Shown: one piece after another, positions 56,115 to 64,000 of the stretch | How the letters are laid out: each line of letters begins with the position of its first letter | Position numbering within the stretch: the first letter of the stretch is position 1 | Virus record (IMG/VR): IMGVR_UViG_3300032287_000883 | Coordinates: 1,564 to 65,563 of that record | Reading direction: 5' to 3' (one strand) | DNA: 64,000 nt | Source of the DNA: a virus | Taxonomy: Duplodnaviria; Caudoviricetes | Translations under genes and position numbers: made by a program | The notes under the pieces: generated by a model | The model's input: the letters and a program-made list of their open reading frames with translations, nothing else | Told to the model about the DNA's origin: nothing | Databases searched by the model: none

Positions 56115-58261
56115 GCTGGTAAGTACTTATCTGCTCTGCTATTAACAGCTACTCTATTTTTACCAGTAGATTTTTTTCTAGCTTTCTGCACTCTGTCCAT
56201 CATTGCATACAACTTACGAGCACCAGCTTCGGTGGAGCCGTTGCCAATTTCTGACACAATCCGGGCGGGTATAACGAATTCGCCATCAGCAAGACGAGCG
56301 GGCTGACGGTTACCAATAGAAGCAGGAATAGAATCACTGACACCATCACCGGGACCTTTGAGCAATCGTCCGCCATCTGAGTAACCTCCCAAACTATATC
56401 CAGCAATACCACCAGAAGCCATATTTTGCTGTCCGCGCATGCCAGCTAATTCCTGATTCATATAATCATAAAACCCACCCAATCCCAGTTGCTGTTCAGG
56501 CGTTTGATAAGCTGGAATATTTATTGGTGCCCGAGCAATTTGTTGGACTCCCGCAGGTTGCGTAGGCTGTCCCATTGTTTGCCCCACAGGTGTGCCTATA
56601 CCGCCTGTAACTACAGGAACAAAAGGTTCTGGTGTTTGTACTTTAGGTTGGGTCTGTATGCCGTAAGGATTATAGTTACCATAACTAGTGCTACTTAAAC
56701 CACCGGAATTGCCCATCTGTGCCGCTTGTTGCGCGGCTTCATATGTAGGGTCAGACAATTGAGTAAACCGCTGGGTTATCGGATCATAACTATATTTATA
56801 CCCGCCAGCTTCTCCCGCTGCACCACCATCGGCAAACTTCTGCTCGCCTGTGTATTGATCAACTGGTACGTCGCCTGATGGGGCGATCATGTTCGTTACT
56901 TGTGGGCGTTGCACGTTGGGGTTGCTGTAAATGTCCGTTTGGTAGTTTGCCTGTGGGTAGCCAAGATTTTCACCAACAGCATTCATAGCCGCCATAGTTT
57001 CTATAGGCCCACCAACAGCCAAGCTTGTTAGACCACCATTAGCTGCACGGTATATAGGAAGCGCTTCTAAGCCACCCGAAAAATAACTACGCTCTGCAGT
57101 AGACCCGCCGCTGTATGGCGTGTAATAAGATACGTTTGGGTTAATCGTGCGTGTAGATTTATAGGGGCGAACGTATTGCGGCTCCTCTTTTATTTTCATA
57201 GGTTTCGGCTTCATCATGTTGTAAGCCAATAACCCAGCACCAGCCGTCAAATAAGGATGCTCATTCGCGTAGTCTTTTATGTTCTGCCAATTTGGTTTAG
57301 CAAAAAGGCGTTTAGTATCTTCCCACGATCCCCCAGTCATATTGCCGCGTACAGTAGTAAGCTTGGCATCGGGGTTTGCACGGGATAATGGGTCTTCAGC
57401 AGCATCGACTTTCGTTGCGTCGTCTACTACATTTGGTTTGACTAGTTCAAAGTCTTGAGCTGTTTTATTTCGGGTTTGGTCAAGGAATGAATTAGTAGCA
57501 GGAGCTTTTTCAAGTGCCGCTCTCTCCGCATCCATTTTATCAAGATATTTTCGCGTATCTTCTTGGAACCTCGCGTTAACTCTATCAACAGCTTCTGGCG
57601 AAAGGGTACCGTCTGCTGGCTTAATAACATTCGATGCAACAGGGGTAGGAGCCGCAGTTATGCTTTCTACTGGTACAGTATCTGGGCGCGTAAGTGTTAT
57701 TTGTGGTGCATTTGGGTCAAACGAATACGGATTAAACGGTTTAGGCTGTATTGCGTCTAATATTCCTTGACTAGGATTTATATTTTGGAGCGCATCAACT
57801 GTCGGCGTAATCTGTGTTGCCGCGTCAGTTACAGGAGAAATAGGCGCTCGTTGTATTGCTTTTACTACATCCCCACCCCAAGTCGGTGCAGCGGCTTCAA
57901 CCGCAGGAGTTTGTAAACCCGACAAATAATTAGACGCATTAAACCCAGAGGCTATCCCAGTAGGAGCCGTTGGAATCGTTACAGGAGGAGCAATAGCTTG
58001 TGACGCTCCATTATTCAATAAACTATTAATGCCACTGCCAACGTTGTAGAGATTAGACCCAAGGTTCATGCCATTAGCAAGCGCCATATTACTAGCAATT
58101 GCTGCAGTAGTTCCCGCTTGCACCCCGGTTGCCATCAAGGTCGCACCCGCCATAGTGCCAGTACTAGTACCCGCCGACGCAATAGCAGCCGCCGTAGCTG
58201 GGTCGTTATATAACCGGATACCATCACGGCTATAACCATTGAATTTATTTGGAATTCTCAT
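56111..58261 (-). CDS. Internal virion protein with a C-terminal GPGDG.SDSIPA..GEFV domain
   Basis: Low-complexity body, several xxGG motifs, KGPGDGVSDSIPA..RLADGEFVIPA. Confidence 0.75.
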   Translation of the reverse strand: MRIPNKFNGYSRDGIRLYNDPATAAAIASAGTSTGTMAGATLMATGVQAGTTAAIASNMALANGMNLGSNLYNVGSGINSLLNNGASQAIAPPVTIPTAPTGIASGFNASNYLSGLQTPAVEAAAPTWGGDVVKAIQRAPISPVTDAATQITPTVDALQNINPSQGILDAIQPKPFNPYSFDPNAPQITLTRPDTVPVESITAAPTPVASNVIKPADGTLSPEAVDRVNARFQEDTRKYLDKMDAERAALEKAPATNSFLDQTRNKTAQDFELVKPNVVDDATKVDAAEDPLSRANPDAKLTTVRGNMTGGSWEDTKRLFAKPNWQNIKDYANEHPYLTAGAGLLAYNMMKPKPMKIKEEPQYVRPYKSTRTINPNVSYYTPYSGGSTAERSYFSGGLEALPIYRAANGGLTSLAVGGPIETMAAMNAVGENLGYPQANYQTDIYSNPNVQRPQVTNMIAPSGDVPVDQYTGEQKFADGGAAGEAGGYKYSYDPITQRFTQLSDPTYEAAQQAAQMGNSGGLSSTSYGNYNPYGIQTQPKVQTPEPFVPVVTGGIGTPVGQTMGQPTQPAGVQQIARAPINIPAYQTPEQQLGLGGFYDYMNQELAGMRGQQNMASGGIAGYSLGGYSDGGRLLKGPGDGVSDSIPASIGNRQPARLADGEFVIPARIVSEIGNGSTEAGARKLYAMMDRVQKARKKSTGKNRVAVNSRADKYLPA

Positions 58262-58635
58262 GCGTAGTTACTCCTGTCGCAGCGAAGCAGTATTTTACCG
58301 TCATGTGCGCTTAATTTAACGAATCCTAACCTTTCGCAGAACCGTAGTCCAGCTTGGTTTTCTTCACGTACTTGAGTTACGGCGTAGCCGTATTTATCTA
58401 TTACACCACCGAGGATGGTCCGAATATACGCCCGAATAGACCCAATTGGCTTAACCCCGTATCCTACATGAATCTCGTTATTTTTTACTAACACACCACC
58501 TATAACTTGCCCTAATTCGGTCAAGGGTATAACTTCCCAATCTTTTACTGCCTCTATATACTCAACCAGCCCGATTGTTAAGCGATGCTTTACAGACTCA
58601 TACACCATAATTAAGGCGCGGTCTTGGGGGGTCAT
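58258..58635 (-). CDS. GNAT-family acyltransferase
   Basis: TQVREENQAGLRFCERLGF (GNAT C-terminal motif); between nozzle and ejection genes. Confidence 0.75.
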   Translation of the reverse strand: MTPQDRALIMVYESVKHRLTIGLVEYIEAVKDWEVIPLTELGQVIGGVLVKNNEIHVGYGVKPIGSIRAYIRTILGGVIDKYGYAVTQVREENQAGLRFCERLGFVKLSAHDGKILLRCDRSNYA

Positions 58636-58964
58636 GGCGCTATCTTTACGACATACGTCGCCGTGTCGTAGTACAAATCCCCCGTACGCAGCCTACCTGC
58701 AGCTAAGTCAGCTTGTGTTGGCAAACTTATACGACGTGCTCCAGTAACCGCATTAAGTTCGCTAAAGTTGTACCCAGAGATAACTTCTTCCACCCCACTT
58801 ATGGGGCTTAGTATGCGTTGTGTAGAACCTGCGCTTGGGCCGGGGTTGTCTAGTTGCGAAAAGTACAAACGCAAAATAGTGTTTAACTGATCCTGATATT
58901 TTTGGTCGTATTGGATTGGGGCCAGTGGCAGCGTGGGGAATTTGGTTGTACCCGTAGACATCAA
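58632..58964 (-). CDS. Small tail-associated protein
   Basis: LPLAP..YD...QLN..LRLYF.QLD. Confidence 0.7.
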   Translation of the reverse strand: MMSTGTTKFPTLPLAPIQYDQKYQDQLNTILRLYFSQLDNPGPSAGSTQRILSPISGVEEVISGYNFSELNAVTGARRISLPTQADLAAGRLRTGDLYYDTATYVVKIAP

Positions 58965-61102
58965 CGTCTCCCGTCAGGTCTGACATTAATTCGCGGTGTG
59001 CCTAACTGCCATTGCGTACCCAACGTATCGCATTGAACTTTAAACGCCATCTGCCTACCACGGATGCGGGTGTTCACCAATTGCGTAAACTGCTGTACGT
59101 TGTACGTACTACGCGATGCATACGAAACGGTTGACGCTACTACTGGCGCGTTTGATGTGCCGTAGTTAGCACCGGGGTTTTGACGTGGGCGCACAGTAAA
59201 ACTAACTGAAGGAAAACCCGGCGCCGCTGTGTTTGACCCATCAAACGTAATATCTGGCACGATCTGCCATACAAACCCGTAGTTGTGCCCATCACCAATA
59301 TCAAAGTCAGACGACTGAATAAACGACTCTATCGGTGAAGGTGGGTTAGTAGTGCCGTCATCAACTGCTGCTTCGTGAAACACAATCAAATTATTAAGCG
59401 TAGCCGCCTGTGGGAACTGACGTAGTGGGCTATCTAACCAAGCTGTGCGATCCATCGTGCCGTAATACCACACGCGATCAAGGTAGTTAAATATCACATA
59501 GCGATCAATCGCATCAGAATTAGCGGAGCAATAGAACCACCACACTTCGCTGTAACCTTCGTTTGTACCAGCAAGAAACTGGAACGACTGATCTATATTT
59601 ATATCGTCGAACACAAACTGACGTAAGGAGCAAGGTAAGGTTTCTACACGACCAGAATAAATATAGAACTTATCTGTACCCATCCAGTAAGTCACACCGT
59701 TAGCCGTTGCCATAGCGTTAGGTGAAATGAGGGAGATGTTATCCGACAGTAAGTTAAAGCCCCAAACATAAGGAGGCCCCAGATACTGCATAGAATACAC
59801 GGTGGAATCTGTCCACACTAAAATCTCTTGACGAGTCTGAAGCGCACCAACAATAAATGAACCGTGCGACAAACGGTAGCTACCTGCTTGGTTTGTAACT
59901 GCTGGCAACCAATCAGTGTAATCTTCTTGTACTGACCAACGAATTAACATCGGGTCAAACGTACTGGCAGGGGTATCAAACGAATACGACGTAGCGCCAA
60001 ACGCTATACAAATACGCGTAGCATCCGACACCATAATCTGATTAGTCTGTACTGGAACTTCAGAGCCTGTGACAACAGCCCCGCGTGTAGCAAAGTCAGG
60101 CGTACCCGCACCGCCCGGTGCCCAGTAATAAATAGCACCACCACGAGGAGAGAATAAAAGAACCTCACCAAAGTTAGCTTGGCTCCATAAACGTAATTGC
60201 AAGCCAATGCCTGTAGACGCTCCGGTGTAGCCTGAACCCCATGTACCGCGTGACCAAGGGCCAGCGCCCCAACCTGTACCAACTTGATATATCTCCAAAC
60301 CCGCGTCAAGTTCGTATTCAGCTTTAACCGCCGCACCGCCGCCTGTAGTGGCTGCTGTAGAGTATACGTACTGCCCTGTGCTTAGGTCTGTTACGGTTAT
60401 TACGTATGTTGTGCCAGACAGGTACTGCATTTGGAAACTTGGTACATGCGTAGACGCATTGGTGTTCATTATTGTGGACGTAAACACATTAAATGTAGTT
60501 ACGTTGCTGTAGTCCACAAAACTATTATTCTCAACTACTTTTGCGGCGTCCGTTACTATTAACGTAGCGCAACCAACTGCCGCCCCAGTATTATGTGTAG
60601 CCGCTGTAGTGCCGTTAACGCCACGAGTTAGCCCTGTTAATGTACTGCCCGATACAGCGGCATAGATCATTTCTTCTGAATCAATCTTTATGCGCCCACC
60701 AATGGTAGGAAAGGTTGAGGTGCTAGTTAGCGTAATGGTTGTCGCTGTAGCAGTAATGCCGCCGTTAAGTGTAGAGTAGGCCGTAGCAAACGGGTTGTTT
60801 CCCATTGGGTTAACGGTAGTTGTAATCGGCGTGATGTCGTAGTAGGTACCGCCGTTCTCTACGTAGAACTTTAAGTGTGTGCCAACGCCAAGTAAGTTGT
60901 AGCCCTTTAGCGTAATCCAATTCCACAATGAACGGCACGTACCCAAAAAGGTTGTATACGTAATTGCAGACCACCCACCAATTTTTTCAGGGTAGCCTGA
61001 ACGAAAACGCACTTTATCGCACTCAAACCAACCACCTTCGTTGGCAAGCGTTGTACCTTCTCGATTAACGCCGGGTCTAAACTGTAATTTCTGCAAGGGC
61101 AT
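58961..61102 (-). CDS. Tail nozzle / tail tubular protein (beta-propeller type)
   Basis: VRFR.G.PEKIGGW, DPMLIRWS.QE, NQAG, EVWWFY, RTAW.D, RGRQ, DGRR end. Confidence 0.8.
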   Translation of the reverse strand: MPLQKLQFRPGVNREGTTLANEGGWFECDKVRFRSGYPEKIGGWSAITYTTFLGTCRSLWNWITLKGYNLLGVGTHLKFYVENGGTYYDITPITTTVNPMGNNPFATAYSTLNGGITATATTITLTSTSTFPTIGGRIKIDSEEMIYAAVSGSTLTGLTRGVNGTTAATHNTGAAVGCATLIVTDAAKVVENNSFVDYSNVTTFNVFTSTIMNTNASTHVPSFQMQYLSGTTYVITVTDLSTGQYVYSTAATTGGGAAVKAEYELDAGLEIYQVGTGWGAGPWSRGTWGSGYTGASTGIGLQLRLWSQANFGEVLLFSPRGGAIYYWAPGGAGTPDFATRGAVVTGSEVPVQTNQIMVSDATRICIAFGATSYSFDTPASTFDPMLIRWSVQEDYTDWLPAVTNQAGSYRLSHGSFIVGALQTRQEILVWTDSTVYSMQYLGPPYVWGFNLLSDNISLISPNAMATANGVTYWMGTDKFYIYSGRVETLPCSLRQFVFDDINIDQSFQFLAGTNEGYSEVWWFYCSANSDAIDRYVIFNYLDRVWYYGTMDRTAWLDSPLRQFPQAATLNNLIVFHEAAVDDGTTNPPSPIESFIQSSDFDIGDGHNYGFVWQIVPDITFDGSNTAAPGFPSVSFTVRPRQNPGANYGTSNAPVVASTVSYASRSTYNVQQFTQLVNTRIRGRQMAFKVQCDTLGTQWQLGTPRINVRPDGRR

Positions 61103-61112
61103 TTACTGCTCC

Positions 61113-62093
61113 TTAGAGTTTCATAATGTAGCAAAGTGCAAAGTACGGAGGCAGGTTTGCGTTTGTTGCACTTGAACCGTTTGAAGAAGTAGTGCCTGAG
61201 AATCCGTGGTTGTGTCCGCCAGCATCTCCTGTTTGTTTAGTTCCGGATGGGTTTCTATTTTCAAATGCCCCACTTCCTCCCGAGCTAGTAGAACTACCCG
61301 GTATTGAGTGGTTGTGATCTCCAACACTGTCTGTGTTTCCACTAAATGTGTGGTTATGGCTAACCAAGGTTGCATCTGCACTACCGCCTGTTGCATTAAC
61401 AGCATACGTAGACCCTGCGCCTACTACAAATCTAGAGCGTAAATCTGGAGTGCCTCCAGAACCATTACATAAAGCCCAGCCAGCAGGAATTGAACCTACC
61501 GAGCCGTTCCACATAATAATGCCGCCGGATGGGAACGAAGAACCCGCAATATTCTGAACAAACGCGGTCGTAGCAAACTTAGTGCTGTTGTCTCCCCCTG
61601 CTGGGGTAACACCTGTTGCCGTACCAGCAACTGAAAAATTACCACCCACTGCCAACGCGCCGCTAATGTAATTGGTTTGATCAACAATGTTGGTACCGTC
61701 GCAGCGCACTAGCATGGACGTGGAAGTCGGCACCGTAATGCCCGAACCTGCCGCTGTGGTGTTGCCTGATACCGTACTTGCGTAGAGTGTGCAGGTGTAG
61801 GTTGCGCTTGTGTTTCTAACAACGTAGAGCTTTGGAACAGGTGGCACGTAGACAAAGTAGTTTGATCCAGCCACCGTGTTTAATACGAGGGTCGAGCACC
61901 GTGCTTGATCTTCTGCCCCGTTAAATACCGTTAGAGCCTGTGCAGCGGAGGAAGTTGTTACCGTAGCCGCCCCAGCAATGGCGTCTTCTATAAGAGTGCC
62001 GAGGTTCAAATTGGTGATGGTGCCCCACGTTCCTGACTTCTCGCCGTTGGCGATTAGCTCTAGTCGTAGGTCGGGTGAGTAGGTACTTGCCAT
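61113..62093 (-). CDS. Tail fibre/collar-domain protein
   Basis: MASTYS..GE.SGTWG..TN; P.GGIIMW.G..IPAGW.LCNG..TPDLR.RF; H.H repeats; LPPY.AL.YIMK. Confidence 0.8.
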   Translation of the reverse strand: MASTYSPDLRLELIANGEKSGTWGTITNLNLGTLIEDAIAGAATVTTSSAAQALTVFNGAEDQARCSTLVLNTVAGSNYFVYVPPVPKLYVVRNTSATYTCTLYASTVSGNTTAAGSGITVPTSTSMLVRCDGTNIVDQTNYISGALAVGGNFSVAGTATGVTPAGGDNSTKFATTAFVQNIAGSSFPSGGIIMWNGSVGSIPAGWALCNGSGGTPDLRSRFVVGAGSTYAVNATGGSADATLVSHNHTFSGNTDSVGDHNHSIPGSSTSSGGSGAFENRNPSGTKQTGDAGGHNHGFSGTTSSNGSSATNANLPPYFALCYIMKL

Positions 62094-62094
62094 G

Positions 62095-62574
62095 TTAGTT
62101 TCCTAAATAGATTGCGCGTTCATCGTTGCGCCTGTTCACTAAACCTTTGAGCACTTTGCCCCCGGCCTTGGTGTACTTCAAGAATTCTTCGGCAGCGCCT
62201 TCGTAGTCGCCCCGGTTATGCTTCTGTCGCAGCGTGCTGCGTTGCAACGTCCCCAAGCCTACGTTAAAACTGAAACTGACCAGACTGTCCAGCCAAGCTT
62301 GGCGAGTACCAGCACTAGGACAATATCTAAGAACTCCGCGTTCAAACCTCTCAAGGTCTTTTGCAAGTATGGCATCCACTTCTTCCGTTGTAAATACACG
62401 GTTCCAGCCTTCTGGGCAAGGCAAACTTAATCTGTCTTCAAACGGCACTCTTGCATGGTTTGCTTCGATTACATGTCCGACGCCAATTGTCCAGAGCCGT
62501 GCAGGGCACCGGTAAGGTTTAGTCCTTACCCCCTCGTGGTGGGCAATCATTTTTAAAGCCTTTGGGCTTATCAT
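62095..62574 (-). CDS. Endolysin, GH24 (T4-type) lysozyme
   Basis: HEG....Y.C....WTIG.G, LVSF.FNVG.G, GLV.RR..E; likely start MISPK. Confidence 0.9.
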   Translation of the reverse strand: MISPKALKMIAHHEGVRTKPYRCPARLWTIGVGHVIEANHARVPFEDRLSLPCPEGWNRVFTTEEVDAILAKDLERFERGVLRYCPSAGTRQAWLDSLVSFSFNVGLGTLQRSTLRQKHNRGDYEGAAEEFLKYTKAGGKVLKGLVNRRNDERAIYLGN

Positions 62575-63086
62575 TTTCCAAACGCCCTGCCGCCAAAGTG
62601 AAACGCAATAATCGAAGCGAAGAGCGCCTGAGTCTCGTTGTCCCATAGCTGGTCAGCCAACGCATTAAATTCCACGCCGCTAGTTAAACCTTTGTACGCC
62701 AGCACAGCATCAATACCAACCAGTAGAAAGAAGAACCCGTAAGTAATTACGGGGCGCACACTGGCGCGGAAGTCTTTCATCCACTGACTTGTACCTTCAT
62801 TCAAGCTCATGTCGTGGGCGTAGATGGCACTCATCTCTGCTTGTTGTGCGTCAATTAGCGAGACTTTCTCCGCAGATTGTGTCTGGGTTCTGATCTCGTC
62901 CAACTTAATCTCTTCTATGCGCTGTTGCGCTACAAACCCTGCGGCGGCTAGTTGCAGTTCCCTTTCAGTTTGCATCTGGGCTAGTTTTAGCTCGTGAGAC
63001 TTGTCTTGTCTGTCTTGGAAGAAGTCTAGTATCTTGGGCAAACCGCCCATCAAGAAACTAACAAGCGTTGAAAGTAGTGTCAGCAT
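62571..63086 (-). CDS. Holin-like membrane protein (3TM type)
   Basis: D..HEL, RASVRP.ITY, II.F.FG.R; adjacent to the lysozyme. Confidence 0.7.
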   Translation of the reverse strand: MLTLLSTLVSFLMGGLPKILDFFQDRQDKSHELKLAQMQTERELQLAAAGFVAQQRIEEIKLDEIRTQTQSAEKVSLIDAQQAEMSAIYAHDMSLNEGTSQWMKDFRASVRPVITYGFFFLLVGIDAVLAYKGLTSGVEFNALADQLWDNETQALFASIIAFHFGGRAFGK

Positions 63087-63295
63087 TATTCCCCCTGCAT
63101 TTGCATTAATATCTTGGCGCGTAGCTCACGCATTTTTCGTATTTCTTCCATCGCTGCAATCGTAGCGTTGTTCATGTCCATGTAAGCAATACCCATGACC
63201 GGCAACACTAGGACTAGCACAATACACAGAACAAGGACGGTGATGAGTAAGCTCCACGGTATGTGTGGCTCGTTCTTATCAGTATCATTAGCCAT
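63086..63295 (-). CDS. Single-pass membrane protein (lysis-associated)
   Basis: Long hydrophobic stretch then coiled coil; likely start MANDT. Confidence 0.55.
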   Translation of the reverse strand: MANDTDKNEPHIPWSLLITVLVLCIVLVLVLPVMGIAYMDMNNATIAAMEEIRKMRELRAKILMQMQGE

Positions 63296-63825
63296 AGGAA
63301 CCAACACGTTATGAACACTACCGCGATTACCAGCGTCATTTGCTCCGCGATTTTTCTTTTTATATAGTCCCGTCGCCATATAGTTGCCTGTTGCTTTAGT
63401 AGCTCTTGACGCTGAACCTCTGCTCTTTCCGCTTTTACCCTATCACGCATTGCTTCAAATTCTGTCCAGATTGCACCGAGTTCCTTGGGCGCTTGGTACA
63501 CAAGCGTTTCGCGTAACTCCGTTTCTAACCTATTCATTTCTTTTACTGCCATGACTCTGTTAAACGCTTCTTGATTCACGGACAACTCAGGGTCACGCGC
63601 CTTCTTAATCTTTAGCTCTTCTTCGTGTACATGCTTCTCTAACTGCTCATGCGCTTTAAAGAAATTGCCAAGGTGTCCGCTTAAATCAGCAACGACATCC
63701 TTGGCTTGCCCGTACGCATCGACTAGTTCCATCCCCTGCGCTTTGTACTCTTGGTACATCTCACAGCCTTTACGTATTGCAGCGGCTGCGGTTTTTGCTA
63801 CAGCTAGAATGGTTAGTGGATCAAT
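63214..63825 (-). CDS. Coiled-coil protein with a C-terminal TM segment; probable ATT start
   Basis: Frame is open upstream of ATG 63759 to ATT-GAT-CCA (IDPLTILAVAK..), with GGGGGA before it. Confidence 0.65.
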   Translation of the reverse strand: MDPLTILAVAKTAAAAIRKGCEMYQEYKAQGMELVDAYGQAKDVVADLSGHLGNFFKAHEQLEKHVHEEELKIKKARDPELSVNQEAFNRVMAVKEMNRLETELRETLVYQAPKELGAIWTEFEAMRDRVKAERAEVQRQELLKQQATIWRRDYIKRKIAEQMTLVIAVVFITCWFLWLMILIRTSHTYRGAYSSPSLFCVLC

Positions 63826-63834
63826 TTCATCCCC

Positions 63835-64000
63835 CTATTGATCTTGTAGTTGTGACGTTGGTGGAGTGAAGTTTGCTACGTAACGCGCTACGCCTTTGGT
63901 GATGCGGAGGTCAGCTATATAACCGTTTAATGAATTAGATTGGTCTGTTCTAGACCCTTCCGCACCAACATACATTGGGACAGTTGAACTTAAATTTATA
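63835..64000 (-). CDS. C-terminus of a LamG tail fibre (partial)
   Basis: ..NGYIADLRITKGVARYVANFTPPTSQLQDQ*, like the end of 1264..3327. Confidence 0.85.
   Translation of the reverse strand, partial: INLSSTVPMYVGAEGSRTDQSNSLNGYIADLRITKGVARYVANFTPPTSQLQDQ

Noticed and set aside
1-64000. tRNA genes, introns/inteins, stop-codon reassignment
   Set aside because: No cloverleaf seen; polA, terL and the helicase are uninterrupted; genes are full length in the standard code

Overview
Near-complete genome of a tailed dsDNA bacteriophage with podovirus-like morphogenesis genes. No integrase, tRNA, CRISPR array or RT was seen. Layout: (i) minus-strand late region 1-21562 with terS, terL, portal, GroES-like, scaffold, capsid, small basic proteins, adaptors and LamG/Gly-rich tail-fibre genes; (ii) control/early region 21.6-32 kb with G/C-tract palindromes, three leftward early genes, an AT-rich heptamer array, a consensus sigma70 promoter, small early genes and a MoxR-AAA/VWA-metallopeptidase module; (iii) plus-strand replication region 32-45 kb with VRR-NUC, PolA, Cas4-like nuclease, SNF2 helicase, SSB-like protein, HTH and primase-helicase; (iv) minus-strand late region 45.2-64 kb with ejection proteins, nozzle, lysis genes and the C-terminus of a LamG fibre that probably continues into position 1 (circular map). 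Most notable unexplained signals: ten 27-bp dyad sites GAC-N4-TGAC-N5-GTCA-N4-GTC found only in the early region; a candidate sRNA antisense to the extended RBS (CTAGGAGAAA) of early/middle genes; a two-hairpin kissing-loop RNA after the capsid gene; a GNAT enzyme and a DDxxD (prenyltransferase-like) enzyme each coupled to an ejection protein; and a recurring hydrophobic-x-x-GG motif in probable capsid-internal proteins. All calls come from motif reading and gene context; no searches were run.
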